Of a DNA stretch of 64,000 nt, positions 17,379 to 27,385 are shown in pieces (the stretch's first letter is position 1; every line of letters begins with the position of its first letter). Both the position numbers and the translations under genes were made by a program. The DNA is from Candidatus Hodarchaeota archaeon (GTDB lineage Archaea; Asgardarchaeota; Lokiarchaeia; Sigyniarchaeales; SOKP01): contig JBHLKM010000012.1 of NCBI GenBank assembly GCA_048886685.1, positions 577 through 64,576 on the forward strand, in the 5' to 3' direction. The notes below the pieces were generated by a model. The model saw only the letters and a list, made by a program, of their open reading frames with translations. It made no database searches and had not been told where the DNA came from.

Positions 17379-18398
17379 TCACAAAGAAGATTGAGAATTT
17401 AAATCCCTAAAATAAGATTTTATTGATAAAAGTTTATCTTTGACATCTTTAATTCTTTTTATTTCTTTTTGGTAACCTATTACATTCTCAATTGCCTCGC
17501 TGATCAATGTTTCCTCTCTATTAGCTTTTGGGTTTTGATATGTTTGAACCTCAAATTCTCCCTCCCAGGGTTTTAATTTTGGCATGGAATCAATGTTTCT
17601 TAAATTCCACCTAATATTATTTTTAAAATCATCCGTTAATGGTTTTAAATTAAAATTATTCCATCTTTGAATTACCCAAGGTGCATATTCATGTAATTTA
17701 TCAAAATCATATTCAAGATCCTCCCTCCATTCAAATTGATGGTCCCAGTTTGCCACTGCTAAGAAATTATCATTTTCTGATTTTTGAAAGGGGAAAAATT
17801 TCCATGACGCTCGATCTATATTTTCATCTTTAAAAGAATTTCCCTCACCATACTGAAAAAAATATCCAATATTTTCCTGAATCTCTTTTCCCTGCGGATT
17901 CAATTTCATGTAGACTTCAATTTGAGAGATATGAATTTTGCTTTTTAACACTTGCTCTTGGTACAATTTATATATTACATTCAATGCTACATTTGGGTGA
18001 CATTTCCCAGAAAATACTGGATAATAAGTAAAACAATAGAAGACATAGCCATTTTCAGGCTTTCCCTTATATATTTCAAGCCAACATTCTAATGGTTTAA
18101 TATATACATTAGTTTTGATATAATTAATAATTAAGAGAATATCAATAACTGTTGCGATTATGATTATAATAATGAAAGAGGGAAAGTTGAAATAAATAGG
18201 AGCCAAAAAGTAAGATAAAGCTATATATATAAGAGCACCTCCAGCTATGAAAAAGAAAGCGATTAGTGAGTTGTAAGCTTCATGTTCTTTATCTTTCTTT
18301 GAATAGAGGATTACTGGAGCCTTATCGACTAAAATTTCATTCCTATATTCATCGATAAATTGTTGAAAATCAACTTTACTCCAGTCAGAATCAGACAT
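17379..18398 (-). CDS. hypothetical membrane protein
   Basis: 339 aa. Two hydrophobic helices near the N-terminus (LIAFFFIAGGALIYIALSYFL, FIIIIIIATVIDILLIINYI) followed by a W/F/Y-rich soluble domain. Confidence 0.4.
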   Translation of the reverse strand: MSDSDWSKVDFQQFIDEYRNEILVDKAPVILYSKKDKEHEAYNSLIAFFFIAGGALIYIALSYFLAPIYFNFPSFIIIIIIATVIDILLIINYIKTNVYIKPLECWLEIYKGKPENGYVFYCFTYYPVFSGKCHPNVALNVIYKLYQEQVLKSKIHISQIEVYMKLNPQGKEIQENIGYFFQYGEGNSFKDENIDRASWKFFPFQKSENDNFLAVANWDHQFEWREDLEYDFDKLHEYAPWVIQRWNNFNLKPLTDDFKNNIRWNLRNIDSMPKLKPWEGEFEVQTYQNPKANREETLISEAIENVIGYQKEIKRIKDVKDKLLSIKSYFRDLNSQSSL

Positions 18399-18617
18399 AT
18401 GTACTTCTAAAGTTATTTTGTTTATTTAAATTTGATGTTATTCGATAAAAAGTTTGTTGTAGAAAGAAAGTGATATGTTTTGAGAATTATTAATTAAAAA
18501 GTATATAATAGATTTACTTTGTTGTTTAAAATAAACATAAAAGCTAAAGATAATCCTTAATTTTACAATTCTATATCACCCAATGTAAGAGTTATAGAAT
18601 TACTTAGGAAATTTCAA

Positions 18618-20096
18618 ATGGCTACAAATACTACTAACTATTTAGATTTTTTATTTAATCCTCGCACTGTAGCGGTGTATAAGGCGAGTGAAAAATTACA
18701 TTATTTCTTTGTGGGCTTTAAGGAACAAAATTTCAATACAGAAAAATTATATCTGATAAATCCTGAAAAAGAAGAGATAAACGGGTTAAAATGCTTTAAA
18801 TCTCTCGAGGAAATCCCTGAGGAAGAAATTGATCTTCTTATTTTAGCGGTTGGGAGAGATAAGATTCTTGAGAGTTTAAAATTGGTGATTAAGCAAAAAA
18901 AAATCAATACAATTCATATATTTACAGCAGGATTGGGAGAATCTGACAGTCTCGGTAAAAAAATTGAAAGAGAACTTGTCGAAATCTTAAATGACGATAA
19001 TAATCATGTTCGAGCAATAGGTCCAAACTGCATGGGTGTTTATTCACCCGATGGACACCTGGCCTATGAACCTTTCCTCCCTACAAAACCAGGAAACATA
19101 GCATTTGTATTTCAATCTGGTGATTTGCATTCTCAAACAATTAGGATCGGAGCAAGTCGTTATAATTTAAGTTATTCTAAAGGAGCCAGTGTTGGAAACT
19201 GTATAGATTTGCAAATATCTGAATTCCTACAATATTATAATAATGATAACGATACGGATATCATTGGTGTGTATTTTGAGGGTTTTTCGAAGCATCATCC
19301 TAATGAAGGTAGAAAGCTCCTCGATGTGTTAAAAAACATGAAAAAACCGGTCTTATTTATGAATGGGGGGAAAACTAAAAGATCACAAACTGCAATTTTG
19401 ACTCATACTGGTTCAATTGGCTCAAATGAAAATATTTGGAATGCTATAGTTAAACAGACTCCAATTGTTGATGTACCGACTTCAATGGATGATATGATCG
19501 ATTATTTATATCTTTTTAACAGATATATTGATAGATTTAAGAAATTAGGAACGTCATTAAAATATATTAAATATCCGACTGGTAAAAACACTCTATTAAT
19601 CCTTTGGTCAGGAGGTTTTGGTATTATTCATACAAATATCTTAACAGAATTAGGATTGAATGTACCATATTTTGAAGGGGAAACTTTAAATAAATTGAGA
19701 GAAATTTATCCGATTAAAATAGGAAGCTTAAAAAATCCTTTAGATATGCCATGGATCTCATCTAGTCAAAAATATTTTGAAGTTGCCAAGGTTGCTATTT
19801 CAACAAATATTGATCTAGTAATTATTGAAACTGATTCCTGGGGGGATGAGTTCGAAGAAGAACATCGTAGCGATTATTATAATAACCTCCTAAGGATACG
19901 GGATTATACAGAATCGTTAGGTAAAATATTTATGCTAATTCTCCCTCAATATCCAACCAAATCAAATCAAAGATATAGGAAAAAGCTCCTTAAAGATGAT
20001 TTTATTGTTTATCCTTCGGTTCGAAGAGCTGCAAAATCCTTTCTAGCCCTTTATGAATATGGAAGAAAACTTAAAACCTTAAATAATGCAAAATAA
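18618..20096 (+). CDS. CoA-binding protein resembling the alpha subunit of ADP-forming acyl-CoA synthetase
   Basis: NPRTVAVYKAS..., IGPNCMGVYSP, FVFQSGDL and a conserved His segment (LTHTGSIGS). No ATP-grasp domain in this ORF. Confidence 0.6.
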   Translation: MATNTTNYLDFLFNPRTVAVYKASEKLHYFFVGFKEQNFNTEKLYLINPEKEEINGLKCFKSLEEIPEEEIDLLILAVGRDKILESLKLVIKQKKINTIHIFTAGLGESDSLGKKIERELVEILNDDNNHVRAIGPNCMGVYSPDGHLAYEPFLPTKPGNIAFVFQSGDLHSQTIRIGASRYNLSYSKGASVGNCIDLQISEFLQYYNNDNDTDIIGVYFEGFSKHHPNEGRKLLDVLKNMKKPVLFMNGGKTKRSQTAILTHTGSIGSNENIWNAIVKQTPIVDVPTSMDDMIDYLYLFNRYIDRFKKLGTSLKYIKYPTGKNTLLILWSGGFGIIHTNILTELGLNVPYFEGETLNKLREIYPIKIGSLKNPLDMPWISSSQKYFEVAKVAISTNIDLVIIETDSWGDEFEEEHRSDYYNNLLRIRDYTESLGKIFMLILPQYPTKSNQRYRKKLLKDDFIVYPSVRRAAKSFLALYEYGRKLKTLNNAK

Positions 20097-20182
20097 TCTT
20101 TTTTCGATTTAATTAAAAAATTAAATAAATAAATAAATCAATTCCCTTTGTCATTTTTAATTGAGATTGTTCATTATAAATA

Positions 20183-22510
20183 TTGAAACTATTTATGGTT
20201 GATTTTGAAGAATTTTTACGTTATCTAAAGTCTCAGGATTATTACCATAACCAAATATATCATATTGAACATATTCCTGAACACAGAGCTCAATATGGGG
20301 GTCTAAAATCATCCTTAAGCGCCCGTCTTCAACGATGGTTAGAGAATAACAACATTAAACTATGGCGTCACCAAGCAGAAGCTATAAATCTAATTCGCAA
20401 AGGCACGAACACTGTTATTGTAACTTCTACCGCTTCTGGAAAATCTCTTTGCTATAATCTTCCTGTATTACAATCAATACTTGAGGAACCAAAAACTACA
20501 GCTCTCTATGTCTTCCCTACTAAAGCTTTAGCTAGAGATCAATTTGTTGTTCTCTCTCAGCTTTTAGCGGGAACAAAAATAAATCAAAATAGGATTGGTG
20601 TTTATGATGGGGATGTAGATGCCAATGAAAAGAGATTCATATTAAATAATGCTAATATAATAATTACAAATCCTTATGGGCTACACTTTTATTTACCTTG
20701 GTTTAAACAAAAGTGGCGAAGAATCTGCCAGAATCTAAAGTATATTATTTTAGATGAAATTCATATTTATCGAGGGATTTTCGGTTCTAACTTCGCTCTA
20801 TTGCTCAGAAGATTAAAAAGAATGCTTGGTACGTATAATATAAAACCTCAATGGATCTTATCCAGTGCTACAATTAATAATCCTAAAGGCTTCTCCGAAA
20901 AATTAATAGGAGAAGAGGTTGAGGTTGTAGATAGAGATGATTCTCCCTCAGGACCTAAAAAAGTAATCTTATGGGATTTGCCGTATGACGAAATTTCAAA
21001 GAAGTATCGTTCACCACACCAAGAAACTAAAAATCTTTTTCTCAGTCATTTAAAATTTAAAGATGGGATACAAACATTAACCTTTACCTTATCAAGAAAA
21101 ATGGCTGAATTGCAGGCAATATGGGCTAGAGAAGCTATCCCTGTTTTAAAAGATAAAATCTTTAGTTATCGAGCTGGGATTAGTAAATCTAAAAGGAGAG
21201 AAATAGAACAAAATTTCAAAAATAAAAAGATTTTAGGAATAAGTTCTACTAATGCTCTTGAATTAGGAATAGATATAGGCTCTTTAGATGCTACGATAAG
21301 TTCTGGATTTCCAGGAACGATCTCGAGTTTCAAACAACAAATAGGACGCTCTGGGAGAGGGACCGATCTCTCCGTCTCAACTCTTATCCCCATGCCTGAT
21401 CCTTTAGATTTCTTTTATGTCCATAATCCTGATCAGTTATTTGGACCAATCCAAGAAGAAATACTCATAACTTTAAATAATAAATACATTATAAAAAACC
21501 ATTTATGCTGTGCCTCAAAAGAAATTCCTATTAAAATTAATGAGTATGAGAAATTTGGAATTCTCGATAAAGAACTATTTATAGAATATTTGGAAGACTT
21601 GATTTCAGAATCTTTACTTATGAAAAGAGGAGATCGATATTATTGGAATAGCGATTTCTTTCCAAATGAAATATATGGATTAAATGATATTTCAACCAAA
21701 AGTTATAAAGTCATATTAAGATCGGGTTCAAATGAAGAACTCTTAACAGTTGAGGATGAAAGTTTTGTATTTCGAGATTTACACCCAGGTGCTGTATATC
21801 TTTACGAGGCTGAATCATATATCGTAGATGAGCTTGATTTAGAGGAAAGAAGTGTATATCTTTCTAAATCGAATGTAGATTTTTACACGCAATCTTTAAA
21901 ACATACAGATATTACCCCTCTTGAGGTACTATATGAAAATAAAAGTGGAATAAAAAGCAGAATTAATTCATATTTTGGTATTGTAAAGGTAGAACATGAA
22001 TATTATTCCTATAAAGTTGTTGATACCATAACACAGGAGCTACGCTCGAGACATCCATTAGAGGATATTCCAATCATTACATTTGAGTCAATGGCTTTAT
22101 GGTTTACAATACCTTTTGATTACCAAAAAGAATTAGAATTGGGAGGATTTGATCTTGGTGGGACTATCCATGCTATAGAACATGCTATGATAGCGATGTC
22201 TCCAGCTTTAGCTCAGATTTCAAGATGGGATTTAGGGGGCTTTTCCATAGATTTCGATCCTATAAAGCAGCAGCCAATAATTTACATTTATGATGCTTAT
22301 AAAGGAGGTATTGGAATATCAGAAATGCTATATTTTAATATTAATGAATTAATGAAAAATGCATATAAATTAATTAAATCTTGTAGTTGTAATTCAAAAA
22401 ATGGCTGTCCTGGTTGTATAATGTCTCCAAAATGTGGAAATTCTAACGATCCATTAGATCGCGCTGGAGCCTTATTTTTATTGAATAAGCTTATTGGTGA
22501 AAATCAATAA
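20183..22510 (+). CDS. DEAD/DEAH-box helicase with C-terminal DUF1998 zinc-binding domain (YprA/MrfA/Hrq1-like)
   Basis: Walker A (TSTASGKS), DEIH box (ILDEIHIY), helicase C motifs (QQIGRSGRG), and a C-terminal Cys cluster (CSCNSKNGCPGCIMSPKCGNSNDPLD). The real start may be the ATG at 20195. Confidence 0.8.
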   Translation: MKLFMVDFEEFLRYLKSQDYYHNQIYHIEHIPEHRAQYGGLKSSLSARLQRWLENNNIKLWRHQAEAINLIRKGTNTVIVTSTASGKSLCYNLPVLQSILEEPKTTALYVFPTKALARDQFVVLSQLLAGTKINQNRIGVYDGDVDANEKRFILNNANIIITNPYGLHFYLPWFKQKWRRICQNLKYIILDEIHIYRGIFGSNFALLLRRLKRMLGTYNIKPQWILSSATINNPKGFSEKLIGEEVEVVDRDDSPSGPKKVILWDLPYDEISKKYRSPHQETKNLFLSHLKFKDGIQTLTFTLSRKMAELQAIWAREAIPVLKDKIFSYRAGISKSKRREIEQNFKNKKILGISSTNALELGIDIGSLDATISSGFPGTISSFKQQIGRSGRGTDLSVSTLIPMPDPLDFFYVHNPDQLFGPIQEEILITLNNKYIIKNHLCCASKEIPIKINEYEKFGILDKELFIEYLEDLISESLLMKRGDRYYWNSDFFPNEIYGLNDISTKSYKVILRSGSNEELLTVEDESFVFRDLHPGAVYLYEAESYIVDELDLEERSVYLSKSNVDFYTQSLKHTDITPLEVLYENKSGIKSRINSYFGIVKVEHEYYSYKVVDTITQELRSRHPLEDIPIITFESMALWFTIPFDYQKELELGGFDLGGTIHAIEHAMIAMSPALAQISRWDLGGFSIDFDPIKQQPIIYIYDAYKGGIGISEMLYFNINELMKNAYKLIKSCSCNSKNGCPGCIMSPKCGNSNDPLDRAGALFLLNKLIGENQ

Positions 22511-22554
22511 TTTTTCTTTAAATATATCATCATTTTAAGCAAAAATTAGTTTTT

Positions 22555-22576
22555 GAATTTAATGTTAAATTTTTAA
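22555..22576 (+). repeat. 22-nt upstream element (gaatttaatgttaaatttttaa) shared with 23351..23372
   Basis: An identical 22-mer lies about 100-113 nt upstream of both tandem GTPase genes, so the duplication included the upstream region. It may be part of the promoter. Confidence 0.5.
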
Positions 22577-22667
22577 GGATAAATTTTTATATTTTATTTA
22601 AGGTTAACCTTACCCTTTCTATTCAGTAAATTATAATAAAAATCAAAAATCAGCTTAAATTAGTGAA

Positions 22668-23198
22668 TTGTCAAACTCAGATTTTACATTTAAGATAGTT
22701 ATTTTTGGGGATCCTCAAACAGGAAAAACTACACTTACACATAGATTTTTGACTAATATGTTTAAGGAAGATTTTCAAATGACTCTCGGCGTGGATTTTT
22801 TACTAAAAATGGTTAAATTGCAAGGTGAGAATATAAAACTACAGATTTGGGATTTTGCGGGAGAGGAGAGATTCAGATATCTTTTCCCATCTTATATCAG
22901 AGGTGCTAACGGGGGCATTTTTATGTATGATATTACTAATTATAGATCTCTTGCTCACGCAGATGAATGGTTTGAAATTGTTGAAAGTGAGATTGATTAT
23001 GATTTACCTATAATTTTTGTAGGCGGAAAGACCGATTTGATACATCTCAAAGAAGTTTCAACAAGAAAGGCAAAAGAAGTTGCAACATCAAAAAAAGCTA
23101 ATGTTTATATAGAGTGCAGCTCAAAAACTGGAGAAAATGTTCAAATCATTTTTGAACTACTAACAGAACTTATTTTTAAGAATTTAAAAAGACCTTAA
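22668..23198 (+). CDS. Rab-like small GTPase (Ras superfamily), copy 1 of a tandem pair
   Basis: G1 GDPQTGKT, switch I TLGVDF, G3 WDFAGEERF, G4 variant GGKTDL, G5 CSSKTG. TTG start. No C-terminal Cys prenylation motif. Confidence 0.85.
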   Translation: MSNSDFTFKIVIFGDPQTGKTTLTHRFLTNMFKEDFQMTLGVDFLLKMVKLQGENIKLQIWDFAGEERFRYLFPSYIRGANGGIFMYDITNYRSLAHADEWFEIVESEIDYDLPIIFVGGKTDLIHLKEVSTRKAKEVATSKKANVYIECSSKTGENVQIIFELLTELIFKNLKRP

Positions 23199-23350
23199 AA
23201 CCAATCATACCTCAAAGAAATCGTTTTAATCATTAAAGAATGGAAATAATTTTCTATAATAACTGCAAAAGCGTCAGAAAAAGTTATATTGCTAATAAAT
23301 CTCAACGTCTAATTGATTTTTATGATATTTCTTCACGGAAATTAAATTTC

Positions 23351-23372
23351 GAATTTAATGTTAAATTTTTAA
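23351..23372 (+). repeat. second copy of the 22-nt upstream element
   Basis: Identical to 22555..22576. Confidence 0.5.
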
Positions 23373-23452
23373 AGAGTAAAAATAATATTATACTTAACTT
23401 TAGCATTAACCTAATCTATTAGGTAAACTGTTAATTTAAATTCATAATCATA

Positions 23453-24004
23453 ATGAATCAGGTATTTGGGTTGTCAGATTCTTATACATTTAAAATAGTC
23501 ATATTCGGAGACTCTCAGACGGGAAAGACTTCTCTAACTCACAGATTTTTAACGAATCTTTTTAAGGAAGATATCCAGATGACTTTAGGGGTAGATTTTT
23601 TACATAAAGAAATTGAAATGAATGGTGAAAATGTAAAACTACAGATTTGGGATTTTGCTGGTGAGGAAAGGTTCAGATTTCTTTTTCCCTCTTATATCAG
23701 AGGAGCTAATGGAGCAATCTTTATGTATGACATTACTAATTATGGCTCTTTGGCTCACGTAGATGACTGGTTTGAGATTTTTGAAAAAGAAATTGATTAT
23801 GACTTACCCATAATCTTTGTTGGTGGAAAAACTGATTTAATACATCTCAAGGAAATTTCAACAAGAAAAGCAATGGAAGTTGCGAACTCAAAAAATGCCG
23901 ATGGTTTTATAGAGTGTAGTTCAAAAACAGGAGAAAATGTCCATAAGATATTTGACTTATTAACAAGATTAATCCTAACAGATAAATTAACTACTGAAGT
24001 ATAA
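23453..24004 (+). CDS. Rab-like small GTPase, copy 2 of the tandem pair
   Basis: Same motif set as copy 1 (GDSQTGKT, TLGVDF, WDFAGEERF, GGKTDL, CSSKTG). By eye, roughly four fifths of aligned residues are identical to 22668..23198. Confidence 0.85.
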   Translation: MNQVFGLSDSYTFKIVIFGDSQTGKTSLTHRFLTNLFKEDIQMTLGVDFLHKEIEMNGENVKLQIWDFAGEERFRFLFPSYIRGANGAIFMYDITNYGSLAHVDDWFEIFEKEIDYDLPIIFVGGKTDLIHLKEISTRKAMEVANSKNADGFIECSSKTGENVHKIFDLLTRLILTDKLTTEV

Positions 24005-24147
24005 GTTACAATTCTTAGTTCTCTAAATAAGAGTTAGACTCTACTCTACTTTTCAATCTTTTTGCTTTTACAAATTTACATCAATCAAATAAGAAATTAT
24101 GATTCGTTAAAGCAATTTTTTTAAAAAAAAAGATCTTCCTAGTAAAT

Positions 24148-24654
24148 ATGAGTAAAGAATTAAAATTAAAATGGAGTGATCTTGTATCTCCCACAATGAG
24201 CCCCGATGATTATTTAAATGAGTTTGGAGAAAAAATTGAATTAAACTATAAAACATATGAACCAAAAGTAGATGCATTAGAAAAAATTAAAGCTCTATTG
24301 GAGAACAAGAACGAAAAGTTAAAGATTTTGGCATTAGGAGCTGATTGGTGTCCAGATTGTAACAGGAATGTACCAAGGATGATAAAAAATATTAAGACTA
24401 TCAAATCAGATGATATTGATCTGAGAATTTTATACGGGGTAATGGTAAACACTCTTCATAAACCCGGCGATACTATATGGCATAAAAAAAGATCTCCACC
24501 TGAGGCAGTGGATCCTAAATTTGATTTAAAAAAAATTCCTACATTTTACTTCTTCAATGGTAATGATGATCTCATTGGTATTATTGTGGAAAATCCTAAA
24601 TGGGAATCCACTCTCGAAGAAGATCTCCTTGAAATCTTAGAAGAAAAACTATAA
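24148..24654 (+). CDS. thioredoxin-fold protein
   Basis: 168 aa with a WCPDC active-site-like motif (GADWCPDCNRNVP) and a later IPTFYFF strand typical of the thioredoxin fold. Confidence 0.6.
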   Translation: MSKELKLKWSDLVSPTMSPDDYLNEFGEKIELNYKTYEPKVDALEKIKALLENKNEKLKILALGADWCPDCNRNVPRMIKNIKTIKSDDIDLRILYGVMVNTLHKPGDTIWHKKRSPPEAVDPKFDLKKIPTFYFFNGNDDLIGIIVENPKWESTLEEDLLEILEEKL

Positions 24655-24750
24655 AGAATTATTATAAATCTTAAAAAAAATATTTTCTTTATATTTTTTA
24701 ACAGTAATCTCTAAGTTTTTACTATTTAAAAGTATAATTTTCATCTATCA

Positions 24751-25497
24751 ATGATTATTAGGGATGAAACTAAATTGTATGGTTTTAAAAGCCTGATGTA
24801 TCGTAGTGGTTGGCTCTACAATGCAATAACAAGAAGACTTTACGACCAAGATACAAAGTTTTTAATAATTGCTAAATTGATAGGTAAAGGACCAAAAAGA
24901 GTTTTAGATTTACCGTGCGGTACAGGATATTTGATGCGTTTCTTGCATCCTTTGATTGAATATGAAGGTGTTGATCTAAATTATCGATTTTTGAAAAGAA
25001 TTAAGAACAAAGAATTAAAAAAGCGGAATATAAAATTGAAAAAAATTGTATTAAAACAAAAAGATATTTTCGATTTTCAAGATTGCTTAGGAGAAAATTT
25101 TGATGTCATTGTAATCTCTGATATTTTACACCATATTTATCCTAGACATGTTGATTTAATTAACATGGCAAAGAAATCCGCGCGAAAAGTAATTATTTGC
25201 GAACCTTATGCTGTAAAACCAAAAGAAATCAATGCTAGAGATAAGTTATTTAAAATCATCGTTTATTTTGGGAAATTTTTACCATTATCTATCTACAAAA
25301 TAATTGATTTTCTTTTCCTAGATAATGATGGGATTAACCCTTATCATAAGAGAGATAAGTGGAGTTTTGATTTTAAAGGCCTTAAAGAATTTTACAAAAC
25401 CATGGGATTCAATCCAAGTTTTTCTTTAAGAGACGAATATATAGGGGTTTGGGAATCAACAGCTCCCCTATATTTAGAAAGCTCTTCAAATAAATAA
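24751..25497 (+). CDS. class I SAM-dependent methyltransferase
   Basis: Motif I VLDLPCGTGY. An acidic residue follows beta2 (EGVDLN). Post-motif DVIVISDILHH. Confidence 0.7.
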   Translation: MIIRDETKLYGFKSLMYRSGWLYNAITRRLYDQDTKFLIIAKLIGKGPKRVLDLPCGTGYLMRFLHPLIEYEGVDLNYRFLKRIKNKELKKRNIKLKKIVLKQKDIFDFQDCLGENFDVIVISDILHHIYPRHVDLINMAKKSARKVIICEPYAVKPKEINARDKLFKIIVYFGKFLPLSIYKIIDFLFLDNDGINPYHKRDKWSFDFKGLKEFYKTMGFNPSFSLRDEYIGVWESTAPLYLESSSNK

Positions 25498-25537
25498 TAT
25501 AAAATACATGAATTAATTTATATTATTAACAAAGATA

Positions 25538-26194
25538 TTGAGGACTCCTTTGAAATTAACTCTCAGTTTGTGGGATATAGCTGGTCAAGAACGATTTGAG
25601 TTCTTTAAAACAGATTTTTTTAGAGGGATTGCAGCAGTTGGCTTAGTATTTGATTTATCTCGCCCTGATACTTTTGATTTAATAGAAGAATATTTTGATG
25701 ACATACGAGACCGGTCCGGAAATATTCCAATTATTCTGGTGGGTAATAAAAATGATTTGAAAAAGGACATTGGCGAAACAGTTCCTCGTGAAAAAATAAT
25801 TCAAATGGTAAATCAATATAATCTTTTTGAATATATTGAAACCTCAGCATTAGAAAGGAAAAATGTTGAAAAATTGTTTTATCGGTTAGCTCTAACAGCA
25901 TTATTAGATATAAAACCAAGGTTAGGAGAGGTTATTGATACACATCACTTCAGGTTCAAAATATTACTTGTCGGAGCAGCTGCAGTTGGAAAATCTTCGT
26001 TGATTGGTTCATTTGTTAAGAAGGAATTTGAAGAATCGTATAAATTGACTGTAGGCTTAGACTTTATGATTCAAGATCTTGAAATTGAAGAAGAGGATAT
26101 TCCTAAAGAAACTCACGAGTTAGTTAAAAATTCAGTTAAATCCTATAAGAAACGGATTAAAAAAATACATAAATTAGAAGAATCACTTCACTAG
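25538..26194 (+). CDS. circularly permuted Rab-like small GTPase (G3-G4-G5-G1-G2)
   Basis: Starts (TTG) at beta3/G3 LKLTLSLWDIAGQERF, then G4 LVGNKNDL, G5 ETSAL and the C-terminal helix. After a linker comes P-loop FRFKILLVGAAAVGKSSL, then switch I YKLTVGLDF and beta2. An in-frame stop lies at 25514-25516. Confidence 0.7.
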   Translation: MRTPLKLTLSLWDIAGQERFEFFKTDFFRGIAAVGLVFDLSRPDTFDLIEEYFDDIRDRSGNIPIILVGNKNDLKKDIGETVPREKIIQMVNQYNLFEYIETSALERKNVEKLFYRLALTALLDIKPRLGEVIDTHHFRFKILLVGAAAVGKSSLIGSFVKKEFEESYKLTVGLDFMIQDLEIEEEDIPKETHELVKNSVKSYKKRIKKIHKLEESLH

Positions 26195-26227
26195 TTCTAA
26201 GATATTCATCTACTTGCGGCATTATTT

Positions 26228-27247
26228 TTAAGAAAATATATATTTTTCATAGTTATGCTTGCAGGGAGGGCCTATTGTTGCCAATAATTGAATTGGATCT
26301 GATTTCTCATTAATTTCCGTTATCCAAGAGTAGATCGTACCGCTTTTTATACCTTCAAATTCAATATGGTTGCAAACGCCCTTTTTATGGGAACTAAGGA
26401 ATTTAATCACATCATTCATAGCTATTTTACTTTTCCGATTTTCAAGGAAATTTTTTACTTTGTTGAATCGTTCCATACTATTGGGAAAAACCAATGCGGG
26501 ATCCGAAAATTGTTTCAAGGATTTAGCTTGGTAATGATTAGTGGTATATAGATAATTATTTTTGGCACATGTCACAGATATATGCGGAGGGGCAGTTTCT
26601 ACTCGAGCAAAATTTTCTTCTTTATCAGCGATCATAAAGATTTGTCCTCTTACATGAGGGATTTTCTCAAGAAAAGAAACTACTTCTTCCGTGGTTTGAC
26701 AATTATCCAGAATCCATCTAGTTGATAAATTCATTCGGATTCCTGGCTGCCATTTGCCCTTGTAATCTCCAGCAATAAGTATAGCAAGTGTTAATCCAGA
26801 TTCATTTTTTCCTCCATAAATTCCTATCATATGATCTGAAAATGATATACTTTTCAATTTTCCCTCTGGATGAATGAACATTACTTCGCAGAAATCTTGG
26901 AAGGATTCATCCCAATCATAATTCCGAGCAAAAATGGGAAAACCTGCTTCTGTTAGATCGCCTCCAATTGCAAAAACCGTACAATCAATTCCTAGAGGAT
27001 TAAACAACTCATATCCTAAGGCTAATAAAAATGCTTCCATTGAGTCCAAATCATAATTCCCTCCATCACAGAAACCTTTTATTTCTTCAAGCAAATCTGG
27101 GATGTATTGCTTTGCAATTTCTTTACATCGACGGCTAAATTCTAATTTCTTTGGGGGACATGGTGGTGGCTGGAAAAAACGTTTTACTTGAGAACCAATT
27201 TTAAATCCTATATCATAATACTTTCCCATAAAAACATTTTTTTTCAT
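26228..27247 (-). CDS. Ntn-hydrolase, peptidase C45 / acyl-CoA:6-APA acyltransferase-like
   Basis: 339 aa. Putative self-processing nucleophile context (GIDCTVFAIGG) and ARNYDW segment, as in the C45/choloylglycine hydrolase-type fold. Confidence 0.5.
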   Translation of the reverse strand: MKKNVFMGKYYDIGFKIGSQVKRFFQPPPCPPKKLEFSRRCKEIAKQYIPDLLEEIKGFCDGGNYDLDSMEAFLLALGYELFNPLGIDCTVFAIGGDLTEAGFPIFARNYDWDESFQDFCEVMFIHPEGKLKSISFSDHMIGIYGGKNESGLTLAILIAGDYKGKWQPGIRMNLSTRWILDNCQTTEEVVSFLEKIPHVRGQIFMIADKEENFARVETAPPHISVTCAKNNYLYTTNHYQAKSLKQFSDPALVFPNSMERFNKVKNFLENRKSKIAMNDVIKFLSSHKKGVCNHIEFEGIKSGTIYSWITEINEKSDPIQLLATIGPPCKHNYEKYIFS

Positions 27248-27385
27248 TCTATTAACCCAATATTATCTTTTTAAATTAGTTTCATAGGAGAGATTATATA
27301 ATTATGTAAATCTTATGTGATAGTAAGGCAATATAAAAAAAAAAATTTCATATCCTTATCGAATTATAATAATATGGTGTGAAAT

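Noticed and set aside
23240-23422. 60-aa ORF between the two tandem GTPase genes.
   Set aside because: It covers the duplicated upstream region, including the 22-mer shared with 22555..22576. The N/K/I-rich translation is typical of AT-rich non-coding DNA.
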